From Chiloscyllium plagiosum (Eukaryota), in NCBI RefSeq assembly GCF_004010195.1, contig NC_057720.1, positions 13,278,042 to 13,342,022 of the forward strand: a stretch of 63,981 nucleotides of DNA, in the 5' to 3' direction. The position numbers and the translations under genes are program-made. Of this stretch, positions 49,806-61,374 are shown one piece after another (positions within the stretch are counted from its first letter, which is position 1; each line of letters opens with the position of its first letter). The notes beneath the pieces are model-generated. The model was not told where the DNA came from, searched no databases, and was given only the letters and a program-made list of their open reading frames with translations.

Positions 49806-50967
49806 ATATGGATCTGTTGTTGAAGAAGGCAACAGACTTGAGAGACTGATTGGCCCCCTCCTGTTCTTCTATTCCTAGAGTATGATTCTAAAATTCCTAA
49901 AAACGCTAAAGTGGGAAACCAAGAAATGTGGGGAACATACAGCAACTGAGAGCAAAAGTGGATTGATTCATTGAGCTGCACCTTTGCAGCGTGTTAGTAT
50001 ATATCTGCAAAGCTACTGATGATTTTGAAAGCAGTTTGTGTGAGGGAGTTATTTATGTCAGTAAATAATGCTGCTTTTATAACTGAAATGTCTTTGTCTT
50101 TGCCTTTGCAGATTCCAGCTTTTCATTAACAGATGTTTATCTCAGCCAAGGTGCTGCACATGTTCCACTGTTTTTCTGATCTGAAAAGTTTTGAGCGTTT
50201 CAGCCATCAGCAACATCACCAGAATTGGCTAGATTCTGTTTTGACCCGGTTGACATTAAGATCAATCATCAACAAGATAGTCACCTGATAATAAAAATTC
50301 TTTAGAAAATGATTGCATACACTCATAAGCCATTGCCTACCCAAACCTCTGATTCTTTCCTGAGTACTTTCTGACAGCGGTACTGTGAAAGAAGGATCAC
50401 TCTTAAAGGCAGCGCTGTCTTTAATTTTACTAAATGAAACAGAACAAAAATAACCACATTGATTCATTTTGATGTTAGCTATGTTCAAATGTGCCCATTT
50501 CCTGAACTTTGTCCAAACTCGCATTAGTGTGTGCTTTTGATCAATTTGTGCAAGTAGACTGTGTTAGTGCTGAGATTTATTTGGAGATTTATGTTCCTGT
50601 TTGCTACGTTGAACAAATCAGTTAAAGATGCTTAGCATTTGCTAACAGTTTCGGAACTGTGTACAAGCATGGCAAACTGTCAAAACTGTCATAGCGAGTA
50701 CTCATGAGGTGTTCTTGAGGTTCAATAAATGAAATAGAGAAAACTTATCCAACATGTCCTCTAAAACAATTTTATTATCTGATAATCCATCATTATATTA
50801 GAATGATGTTACAAAGAGGCTGTGAAAATGGTTTTAATTTTAAGAGCTTGACTCGAAACAGTCGCTCTGTTACTTCAGTAATTCATGCAAACTGTCATGT
50901 TTTCAGATTAAATAAACTATGCTGTACAGGAAAAAAGACCTGGTGCAGAATGCAGCTTCAAGTGTCA

Positions 50968-51170
50968 AACGACATCAGGTTATAGTCCAACAGGTTTATT
51001 TGAAATCACAGGTTTTTGGAGTACTGCTCCATTGTTCGGGTGAATTCATTCACCTGACAAAACAGTGTTGCTCTGAAAGCTTGTGATTTCAAATAAACCT
51101 GTTGGACTATAAACCTGGTTTGTGTGACTTCTGACCTTGTCCAATCCAGTCAACACTGGCACCTCCACAT
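50968..51170. mobile_element. Penelope-derived fold-back element, family B variant
   Basis: caggttatagtccaacaggtttatttgaaatcaca / tgtgatttcaaataaacctgttggactataaacctg; apex gggtgaattcattcacCTGA. Confidence 0.8.
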
Positions 51171-51221
51171 AATGGCAACACGCAGTGCCAAGAGAATAAC
51201 AAATTGCAGCAAGCTGTATTA

Positions 51222-51240
51222 TGGTCACTAGATGGCAGCA
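51222..51240 (+). promoter_or_regulatory. Candidate CTCF binding site
   Basis: tggtcactagatggcagca closely matches the CTCF core consensus and lies in non-repetitive sequence. Confidence 0.5.
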
Positions 51241-51639
51241 TAGCAATATCAAAATGCCCATTGTGAAATTGTCTGACATTAAATCTGCTGTTCATGAATG
51301 GAGAGCAAATCTCACTCTTTTCATTAGTTTGATTGCTGTGCCTTTTTATTATTGGTCAGGGTTTCTCAATATAGCTTCAGATATTTCACAGTCTTTGATG
51401 CTGTCACTGTAGTTTTTCTTGCAAAGAATGATGGAAGATGGAAAAAAAACTCACTATCTCTGTGGTCAGCTTTCTTCTGATTGAATCCCACCTTTGCTGT
51501 CACTGTGTTACATCCATTTCACCTTGATATTTATACAAGATCTGTGACCTTTCTACTTAACCTTATTTTTAAGTTTTACAGTGTCAACTTCACTTACTGG
51601 TGACACTCACGTCTGAGTCAGAGTACTCTACTCGTCCTT

Positions 51640-52980
51640 TAAGACCATCAGGTGCAAGTTTAAAAGTAGGCCATTCAGCCCATCAAGGCTGCTTCACCAT
51701 TCAATGAGATCATGGCTTATCTGATTATCCCCAGATCTACTGTCCTACATCTCTTTCCTGTAACCCTAGATTCCCTTAGTGATCCGGTCTGTCTATATAA
51801 GCCTTGAATATACTTAATGATCCAGCCTCGATACCCCTCCAGAGTAAAGAACTTCACAAATGCACTACATTTTGAGTGAGGAAATTCCTCCCGATCACTG
51901 TCTTAAATGGTTGATGCCTTACTCTGAGACTATGCCCTCTGATCGTAGATTCTCCCACAAGGGGAAATACCACCTCCACATTTACCTTGTCAAACCTCCT
52001 AATAATCTTCTATGTTTTGCTTCTCATTTTTCTAAATTCCAATGATTGCAAACTCAACTTATTTAACCTCTGGTCATTTGTCTCCAATACCAATAAATCT
52101 TTCGTTAAATAAGGTGCCCAAAATTGTTAACAGTATTTTCCAGCTGAGGTCTGACTTATGTAATTTTCACAAAACTCTGCTATTTTTGCACCTATTACCT
52201 TTGAAATAATGTTGCCTATCATTTGCTTTCCTTATTACCTGCAGAAATTGGACGTTAGCTTTTTGTGCACAAGGAGATCCAAACACCTCTGAGCTGCAGC
52301 TTTCTGTAATCTTTCCCCGTTTAAATAATCTTCAGCTGTTCTATTCGTCCTGTCAAAGTGCATCACCTCACATTTTATCATATTTTATTTCATCTGCCAT
52401 GCTTATGCACACTCACTTGACCTGTCTAAATCCCTCTGCAGCATCTTTATGTCAGCCACACTATTTGCTTTCCTAGTTATTTTTGTGTCATCTGCGAACT
52501 TGACCATAGTACATACACTTCTGTCATCAAGTCGTTAACATATATTGCAAGTAACTGTAGCTCCAGAAACACTCCCTGTGGCACTTCACCAGTTAAAGGT
52601 TGCCATCCTGAAAAATCTCTCTCGATTCCAGTTGTCTGTCTTCTATTGGTTAGCGAATCCTTTCGGTAATATCAAACTCTTAACACAATGGGGTATTCAT
52701 GTGTTTCCTTGTGTGTGGTGCCTATACCTTTATTGCATATTTCTAAATGCTTTCCAATACATCCTTTGTCACATTATTCCAATGATAAATTCTAAGCTAA
52801 CAGGCTTCCGGCTACCTGTTTATCTCCTTCTTTATTCTGAGTAATTGGCAGTTTTGTACTCCTCTGGGATTTTTCCCTAATCCAAGGATTTCTGGAACAG
52901 TGGATCCACTATTTCCATTGCTACTGCCTTTGAAATCCTAGGGTGCATCACCTCAGATCTAGATGATTCATTGACCTTTG
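51640..52980 (-). mobile_element. Old degenerate CR1
   Basis: 3' tail gtaggccattcagcccatcaag; RT remnant gtgtcatctgcgaactt (KFADDT antisense). Confidence 0.78.
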
Positions 52981-53355
52981 ATTCCCAACAAGTGCCCAAA
53001 AAGTCTGGATCATTTTTGTGAAAGCGCTGGTTGCCGTTGGGCCTGCCAAACTGGAAAAGAATTTGCAGGAACCCACGGGGGAGCAGAGGATTACTCCCCA
53101 GTCGATAATAAAAATATATGATGAGAATTGAGTGAGAGCTTCAAACTTAGTAACAGCTGCAACACCTGAGCTCCCAGGGAAACGTTGCTTGGTTTGCTCC
53201 TCTGGCTCTCTAGCCGCTGCTGCCAGTTGCTTGAGATTTATTTACACAGGTTAAGAAGTTTCAAGTGCTTACAGTTTCTGCTGTTGATACTTTACAGGGT
53301 CTGGCATGTTGACACTTCATTGCCTTTAGGACAATTACTTTTTAAAAGCAAAATA

Positions 53356-53706
53356 CGGTAGCTCCTCGACATACGAACGACTCCTTCATGAACAACTCGG
53401 TTTATGAACAGGATTGTATGTAAAAATTTGCTTCAACCTACGTATGAAATTCAAGGTACGAACGCAAAAAGCCTGTGTACGACCACATGGTTTCATTGTT
53501 CTATTTTGCTACGCGCTTGTTGAACGCAAAAGCTCTCGGGCCCCGTGTGATCTCATTCAGTTCGTCTTTGGCACGTGCACTGTGAACAGCCGTCCAAGCA
53601 TTCTTACACTATCTGATCAATGGGAAAAATCGACTCAGTTTGCGAACTTTTCGGTCCGCGAACCGGGTCCCGGAACGGATTACGTTCGTAAGTCGAGGCG
53701 CTACTG
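53356..53706. mobile_element. Tigger/pogo-like (Tc1/mariner) MITE
   Basis: TA flanks; terminal inverted repeats cggtagctcctcgacatacgaac / gttcgtaagtcgaggcgctactg (20 of 23 match); subterminal ta(c/t)gaac repeats; non-coding and CpG-rich. Confidence 0.85.
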
Positions 53707-54436
53707 TATATGGTTTTTTTGCCTAACTCCTGCTATCACTGTAAGTTCATTGATTCTATACATACGTAGTCAGTCATCGGGCAGGGAAGTACCATAGTTT
53801 GGTATAACGTGAATGAGGGGTAATAGGAGTGTGGGTGGAGTGGCATTGATCAGTGTATTGGGTATGAAAGGATCTTTGGGACTCACTTTTCAAAAGGTTC
53901 ATTCCTGCAGACACCTCATGACACCTCTGAGGACCAGGACCAGGACCCACAACTCTTCGAAATGTTGACCTGACTCCAGAAAAACCACAGAATCATGGCC
54001 CAGCTAATCTTCATGATTGGGCTGACCAGGTCAGGGGTGCCACGGTTTATGACCCGAACCAGCCCACACCCTTTTAAGACAATTGCCACAGATTGGAAAT
54101 CCCGGGGATAGTGTAGGGATCATTGATTTGGGACACAACCACCATTTTTAAAGGGCTGCCCAATCAAAGTGAGTCAAAGAAAATCCAGGCCACAATCACC
54201 ATCGGAGTGGAGGAAGGTATTGAAAGTCAAATCTCACATTGGGTCCAACTCATCTTCATCAAGTATTAACCATATTTTTCTGATTGGTAAAGGTGTCTCC
54301 ATGGAGAATGCCCCAGTTAATGCTGATTGACAGTTAACTGCTGACCTTTGTTTAGTTTTGGTCAGGGTTAGGCAAGAAATGGGAGGTTGCATCTGGGAAA
54401 GACTAAACAAACAGGTACTGTTGTTCCTTCATAAGA

Positions 54437-54725
54437 AGGTACTGCTGCCTCACAGCACCAGGGACCTGGGTTTAATTCCAGCCTTGGGCATCTGTCTGTG
54501 TGGAGTTTAAACATTCTTTCCGTGTCTGCGTGGGTTTGCTCCCAGTGCTCTGGTTTCCTCCCACAGTCCAAAGCTGTGTAGGTTAGGCAGATTGCCCATA
54601 GTGTTCAAGGGTGTGCAGGCTAGGTGGGATGTACAGGGGTAGGGGGATGGGTCTGGGTGGGATGCTATTCAGTGTGGACCTGTTGGGCCAAATGGCCTGT
54701 TTCCACACCATTGGGATTCTATGAT
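54437..54725 (+). mobile_element. HE1-type V-SINE, 5'-truncated and diverged
   Basis: ctgctgcctcacagcaccagggacctgggtttaattcc, followed by V domain and gggccaaatggcctgtttccacac. Confidence 0.85.
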
Positions 54726-54849
54726 AGAGGCTGCAGGGTGGCCTAGTAGAGATCCTTAAAAGCATGAATGTGTTTGACAAAGTAGACTAGAAGAAGCTTC
54801 CACTTTTTGGAAAGTCCAAGATCTAAGTATTAGACATTCACAAACAAAA

Positions 54850-55049
54850 TCGAAAATGTGTTGCTGGAAAAGCGCAGCAGGTCAGGCAGCATCCAAGGAG
54901 CAGGAGAATCGACGTTTCGGGCATGAGCCCTGGGCTCATGCCCGAAACGTCGATTCTCCTGCTCCTTGGATGCTGCCTGACCTGCTGCATTTTTCCAGCA
55001 GCATATTTTCAGCTCTGATCTCCAGCATCTGCAATCCTCACTTTCTCCT
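54850..55049. mobile_element. Penelope-derived fold-back element, family A, CTGAAGA core deleted at the apex
   Basis: Perfect TSD attcacaaacaaaa (54836-54849, 55050-55063); near-perfect inverted arms around T54931. Confidence 0.88.
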
Positions 55050-55599
55050 ATTCACAAACAAAAGCCAATAAGGAGTGAAGGCATTCACTAACTTCCAGGG
55101 AGAATTAGCTTTGCTGAGGAGCAATGGATGGTGTTCAAAGAAGCAGTTTGTGACCGTGAGAAGGAGAAGCTACGAACATCTAAAAGGAGCTAAGGAACAG
55201 CCTAAAATTAAAACAAAGGGCTTATAAAAATGCAAAGAACAGTGTTGATTCCACAGAATAAAGACCAACAAAGGGCCACAAAGCAACTTATAGAAGCCGC
55301 TAAAAAAAGGGTTATGAAAGGAAACATGCAAGAGACATATAAGACAATAAGAGATATTAGATTTAAATAAAGAGAAAGTGGCTGGTTATGAGTAACATTG
55401 TCCCTCCACAGATGCTGCGAGACTTGTTGTGTATTTCCATTATCTGATTTTATATAAATTACTTCTATCTTACTTACCGGATTCTTTCTTCTGGATTTCA
55501 GTTTGATTGTGTCCACCATTTAAGATAAGTTTTCTCCTTTCTTTGCTAATCTTTTTGTAAACATTATATCTTGAAGACTATTGGATGGGTTCCAATGAA

Positions 55600-56630
55600 A
55601 TAACGGGTCTTTTTCTGAGTGCAAACAATAACTAGTGAGGTACCACAGAGATCAGTACTTGGACCCGAGCTTTTCACAATATACATTAATGATTTAGAGC
55701 TAAATATAATAGCTCCAAGTTGCAGAAGACACAAAGCTGGGTCAGAAAGTAAACTGTGAGGAGAATTCAAAGATAATTTTGTGTGATTTGGACAAGTTGA
55801 GTGAGTGGGCAAGTACATGGCAAATGCAGTATAATGTGGGTAAATGTGAGGTTATCCACAAAAACAGGCAGGCAGTTTTATATCTGAATGGCAATAGACT
55901 AGGAAATGGGGAGATGCAATGAAACATTGGTTTCCTTGTACATTAATCACTGAAAGTAAGCATTACAGGTGCAGCAGGCAGTAAAGAAGGCAAGTGGTAT
56001 GTTGGTCGTCATAGCGAGAGGATTCGAGTACAGGAGCAGGGATGTTTGCTGCAACTGTACAAGGACTTAGTAAGACCACACTTGGGGTATTGTGTGTAGT
56101 TTTGGTCTCCTTATCTGAGGAAAGATGTTCTGGCCGTGGAGGGACTGCATTAGATGTTTGCCAGAGTGATGCCCGGGATGGCAGGACTGATGTATGAAGA
56201 GAGATTGGATCAATTAAGATTATATTCATGATAAAAGAAAGAAGGGGGATCTCATAGACACCTATAAAATTCTAACAGGACAGGATAGGGTAAATGCAGG
56301 AAGAATGTTTCAAAAGAACTGGAGAGTCCAGAATCAGGGGTCACAATTTAAAGGATACAGTCTAGATCATTTAGGACTGAGGTAAGGAGACATTTCTTCA
56401 CCCAGAGAGAGATGAGCCTGTGGAATTCTCTGCTACAGAGAGCAGCTGAGGGCAAAACATTGAATGTATTCAAGAAAGAGTTAGATATGGGGTAAAGGGC
56501 TTAGAGGGTATGGAGCGGAAGTGGGGACAAGGGGACTGAATTGAATGATCAACCATGATCATATTGAGTAGAGGAGCAGGCTCGAAGGGCTGAAAGGCCT
56601 CCTTATGTTCCTATTTTCTATGTTTCTATG
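55600..56630 (+). mobile_element. CR1 RT-to-3' fragment
   Basis: gaggtaccacagagatcagtacttggacc..; tail cctattttctatgtttctatg. Confidence 0.88.
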
Positions 56631-58280
56631 AAATTTCGTACAGAGATAGGACATGACCTAGGGAATAAGTGATTTATTTTTGGCATAGATACAGTTTTGA
56701 ATCCTTGAAATTAATAAAGGGTCTGTCTATATTGATGATAGGGGAGTTGACTATTTTATTAGAATGTTGTGAGTTGTTTCAAATGTTGTTGGTCAATTGT
56801 TTTTAAATCGTTGTGCATTGTGCCTCAGCTGCTGTGATGGAATTTGTTGTAGCTGTCAAAATGTGAACAGAGTTTTCAGAGCAGGTTGTTGAAAATGTAT
56901 TGACTGAAACTTCCTCAGTGAGGTAGGGCTGTCCTTAATAAAACAGCTTATTTTTTTCATCTTTCTAAAAGAGCATGAAGCAGGCAGGGAAAATGCTCAA
57001 GGACAGTCAACATAGTTGTAATCACTTTGAGTTAACTCACTGCAGAGTCATGTGCTTATACTAAAAGCCGTTTCACTTATATTTGAAGTTCAATTTCTCT
57101 GCCTGCTATATTCTCATCCAAATCATTTATACAGTGCAGGTCATAGGCCTCCAGTCTGAACAATAACCCTCTACCATCAATCGCTGGCTAACAGGAACAT
57201 GCTGGTCCTGATGGTATGTCACTTTTGAAAGCCTCCCACTTGCCAGATGTCAAGCCAATTTTATATCCAATTGGCTAGCTCTTCCAGGATCCCATGTGAT
57301 CTAGCCTTATTAACCAGTCTATCATGCAGAACCTTGTCAAAAGCTTTGCTCAAGTCCATGTAAACAATATCAACCACTCTGCCCGCATCTATGTTCTTGG
57401 TCACTTCTTCAAAAAAGCTCAATCAAATTTGTGAGACATGATTTCCCACGCACAAAGCCATGTTAACGATTCCTAATCAGTTCTTGCTTTTACAAACACA
57501 TCTAGATCCTGTCTCCCAGAATCCGCTAAAACAACTTACCCACCACTGATGTCAGGCTCACTAGCCTGACATTCCCTGGCACTTCTTTCCTGCCTTTTTA
57601 AATAATGACACAAAATTAGCCCCCTTCTGGTTTTCCAGCTCCTCACCCGTGGCTGTTGATGATACAAATATCTCCACTTGGTGCTCCGCAATTGTTTCCC
57701 TAGCATCCCACAATGTCCTGGGTTACATTTGATATCTTCTTTTTTGTCCTCCTGATTTCCATATTAAGTATGCTTCTACAACCCCTGTACTCCTCAAGGG
57801 TTCACTTGATCCCAGCTTCTATACCTGACATATGCATCCTTCTTCTTGACCAGGACTTCAATATCCCTGGTCTTCCAGTGTTCCCTACTCCTGCCAACCT
57901 TGTCATTCACACTAACAGGAACATGCTGGTCCTGATGGTATGCCAATTTTGAAAGCCTCCCACATGCCAGATGTCCCTTTTCCTGCGATCAGCCAACCTC
58001 AATCCACTTTTGAAAGTTCCTGTCTAATTTTGTCAATGTTGGCCCTGCCCCAATTTAGAACTTTAAAATGTGGACCATGTTAAAGCTAACAGAATTATGG
58101 TCACTGGTCCCAAAGTGTTCTCTCACTGAAACCTCAATCACTTGCCCTGCCTTTTTCCCAATAGGAGGTCGCTGTCTTCTCACGACTGCTTAGGATCCCA
58201 TCCCTTGCCAGTTTAAATCCTCCTGAATAGCTCTCCCATGTCTCCTCCTTCAGTTCAGGTGCAACCCGTCCCTCTTGTCC

Positions 58281-58442
58281 CTCATCTTCTACCTTGGGAC
58301 CCTCCAACCACACTGCATCAATGTTGACTTCACCAGTTTCCTCATCTCCCCCCACTTCATCCCAGATCCAACTCTCTAATGCGCCTGCTCCTCAGATGCT
58401 GCCTGACCTGTTGTGCTTTTCCAGCGCCACACTTTTCGACTC
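58281..58442 (+). mobile_element. Penelope-like element 3' fragment retaining the ORF C-terminus
   Basis: ctcatcttctaccttgggaccctccaaccacactgcatcaatgttgacttcacc = LIFYLGTLQPHCINVDFTSF, resembling the end of PLE GIY-YIG ORFs; followed by family A terminal sequence. Confidence 0.65.
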
Positions 58443-59046
58443 ATTTCTGCCCCAGAAGAGATTCCAATGATCCAAATCTTTGAATCCCTCCCAGCCGCAC
58501 CAGCTCCTCAGCCACACATTCATCAGCCTTCTTCTATTGCTATTCTCACTAGGACACGGGGCACTGGGACTAATCCAGAAATTATAACCTGTGAGGTCTT
58601 GCTTTACCTGCCTAACTCCTCATCCCTTTTCCTATCGATGTCATTGGTAGCAATTTGCACAGCCACCTCCAATTGTTCACGTTTCCCTTTGAGAATTTGT
58701 TGCAACTGCTCCGCGATGTCCTTGACCCCAGCACCAGCAGGCATCACGACATCCTGGACTCTCGCTCACGACCGCAGAAATATCTGCCCATGCCCGTGAC
58801 TAGGGAGTCCCCGATTACAATTGCTCGCTTAGACTTTGTCCTCCCTTACTTTACAGCAGAGACAGAGGTGCTGCCACAGACCTGGTGGTTGCTGCTGTTT
58901 TCCCCTCAGAGGCTATCCACAACTGTATCCAAAACAGTATTCGTGTCTGAGAGGGGGTTGGTCATAGGAGACTCTTGCACTATCTGCCTACCTCTCCTGG
59001 CAGGCAAACAGGAGGCTGGATGGACACAGTAAGCCAGGCAGCATCA

Positions 59047-59580
59047 ATAAACAATAGGTGCAGGAGTAGGCCATTCTGCCCTTCGAGCCAGCACCACCAT
59101 TCATTATGATCATGGCTGATCATCCTCAATCAGTATCCTGTTCCTGCCTTATCCCCATAACCCTTGATTCCACTATCCTTAAGAGCTCTATCCAGTTCTT
59201 TCTTGAAAGTATCCAGAGACTTGGCCTCCACTGCCTTCTGGGGCAGAGCATTCCATACACCCACCACTCTCTGGGTGAAGCTGTTTCTCCTCAACACTGT
59301 TCTAAGTGGCCTACCCCTTATTTTTAAACTGTATCCTCTGGTTTGGGACTCACCCNNNNNNNNNNNNNNNNNNNNNNNNNNNNNNNNNNNNNNNNNNNNN
59401 NNNNNNNNNNNNNNNNNNNNNNNNNNNNNNNNNNNNNNNNNNNNNNNNNNNNNNNNNNNNNNNNNNNNNNNNNNNNNNNNNNAACTCTGTTCTAAGTGGC
59501 CTACCCCTTATTTTTAAACTGTATCCTCTGGTTTGGGACTCACCCATCAGCGGAAACATGCTTCCTGCCTCCAGAGTGTC
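59047..59580 (-). mobile_element. Young CR1 3' fragment (same family as 9333-10776), spanning the gap
   Basis: Antisense of 10425-10765; DTLEAGSMFPLMGESQTRGYSLKIRG. Confidence 0.88.
59356..59482. other. Assembly gap (127 N)
   Basis: Run of N; the flanks 59293-59355 and 59483-59545 are near-identical. Confidence 0.99.
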
Positions 59581-60147
59581 AGGAGGTGTAGAAGTCAATA
59601 CTTCAGGTATAACCCGTCTTCAGGGGTAGGGAGAGCTGCAGATAAAGAGGGGGAGGAGGGTTATGGAGGGGAGGGGGACGGAGTGGTGAGGTAGTGACGG
59701 GTGAACCCAGGTAGTGGGTATGACCTGATTGGTCGATAGGAGGGATGAATCCTCTCCTGGCAATCATCCTTCTGCCTGACTGTACCTGTAGTGAGACCCC
59801 CACCCCCAAGTCAATTCCTAACACACTCTGGCCACCCCCATGCCCCCACACCCGTATCTGCTCCTCAGTGTGTCCACACTGCTGCTCCAACCATGCAGCC
59901 TGAGAGGATCTGCAGCCAGACACTCTTCCTGCAGACATCATGGCAAAGCTTTTCCTCAAATTCCCCCTAAACCTGCTGCCTTTCACTTGAGAATTATGAC
60001 CTCCTTACTATTGCGCCTTCGAATAAGGGAACATCTGCTTTCCATTCACACTGTCCATGCCCCCATTACCTTACACGCAGTATCTTGACAGTTTGTATTT
60101 CTCAGGTGATCCAACCCCAGTCTTGGGTAAGTATGGTTGGTGTGGTT

Positions 60148-60322
60148 CCAGATTAGAGTGGTGCTAGCAGGTCAGGCAGCATTAGGAATCCTGATGATGG
60201 GCTTTTGCCCAAAACATCGATTTTCCTGCTCCATGGATGCTGCCTGACCTGCTGTGCTTTTCCAGCACCACTCTAATCGAGACTCTAATCTCCATCATCC
60301 GCAGTACCCACTTCTGCCTGCC
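60148..60322. mobile_element. Penelope-derived element, family A variant with a short inverted arm
   Basis: TSD tg(g/a)ttggtgtggtt at 60134-60147 and 60323-60336; ggaatc-CTGATGA-t-gggc(tttt)gccc-aAAA-CATC-gatttt. Confidence 0.82.
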
Positions 60323-60584
60323 TGATTGGTGTGGTTGTTTTGTGTAATATACAAGTGTGCAACATTCGGCACATACCACTGAATGAGCAGATGAACAAAC
60401 CCACAATTGTGTAATTTAACACAGGCTGAGCTTTCAAAGGAGAAACTGGCTACTTACCCTGACTAGTGTAAGCTAGCTCCATACAAACCTTACCAACATT
60501 ATCTCCTGTACTTTCTCTCACACGTTTACCTAGCTCCCATGTGAATGTATCTTTGCTACTCACTTGAACTGCTCCCGATGGTAG

Positions 60585-61178
60585 TGTCACAAAGCTGGTT
60601 CGTTTTTCTAAAAGCTGTTCCTTTTCTCAAGGATATTGTGTCCTTGGTTTTTTTTCAGAGGGGTCATAAAACAGACCGGGCTCCGAAACGGCTGGGTTAG
60701 TACAGAGATGAAAAGGGTATGAGGAGCTTTTATGTTTTAGAAGTGACCTGTATAATGAATGGTAAGTGGCCAGTCCTAAAAGCTGAAGTCTTATTTGAAT
60801 CAGTTCAGCAGTGGGCTGTGTGGAAACAGACTGCTAAACTCTCTCTGCTTCCACCTTTCTAACTTTGCCCTGTAAGCCACGGTTTCATTTTTACTCTGTG
60901 TTTAAGGGGTTTGTTTATTGGGACTTCTGTGTATTTTCGGACCAGTATCATTAAGTCTAGTTTGGAGAGACTGAGTTCTGTGGGTATTCTATATTCTCTT
61001 CCTTGTGTTTCATTCTGTAACTCTGTGAATAAATTTTTGTCTGTTTTTAAACCTGATAGTCAACCTTGCTAACTTACTCCGGGTAATTTTCCCTGTATAT
61101 TTACCGAAGCAAATTGCAAAATTATGGTCCAGGCTGACTGCTTAAGAATGTTTGAGTGCTCTGGCCTAGTCCATAACA
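60585..61178 (+). mobile_element. Solo LTR (Gypsy-like)
   Basis: TGTCA...TAACA ends; 4-bp flanks gtag/gcag; AATAAA at 61028-61033; interrupts an old CR1 3' sequence that rejoins across it. Confidence 0.72.
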
Positions 61179-61374
61179 GCAGTGAATTGTAAATTCTAGC
61201 CACTATTTATGAAAGAGTTGTCTCTTGAATTCTGCATTGGAATCATTTGTGAGTATTAGGTTATGGGCCAAGTCTTTGGAAAATAGGATTAGAATAGTGA
61301 GGTGATTGTTTTTGATTGGCATAGCCTTGATGGGCTGAAGGGCCTGTTTCTACCTGTAGATGTCTATGGCATGT

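Larger units (their letters stand above)
59003..59750 (-). mobile_element. Penelope-derived 3' end (family A-related) interrupted by a young CR1
   Basis: TSD cctctcctggca at 58991-59002 and 59751-59762; degenerate CTGAAGA-cgggttatacct-GAA on the - strand at ~59600-59623. Confidence 0.72.
57100..59800 (-). mobile_element. Heavily deleted CR1 (RT, EN and ORF1 remnants) with nested inserts
   Basis: ccttgtcaaaagctttgctcaagtccatgta (YMDLSKAFDK antisense); ORF1 SGNH homology at 58445-58990 to 735-1270. Confidence 0.78.

Noticed and set aside
53003..54192. Possible Harbinger-like non-autonomous element bounded by ctggat / atccag
   Set aside because: The inverted match is too short and no TSD is evident.
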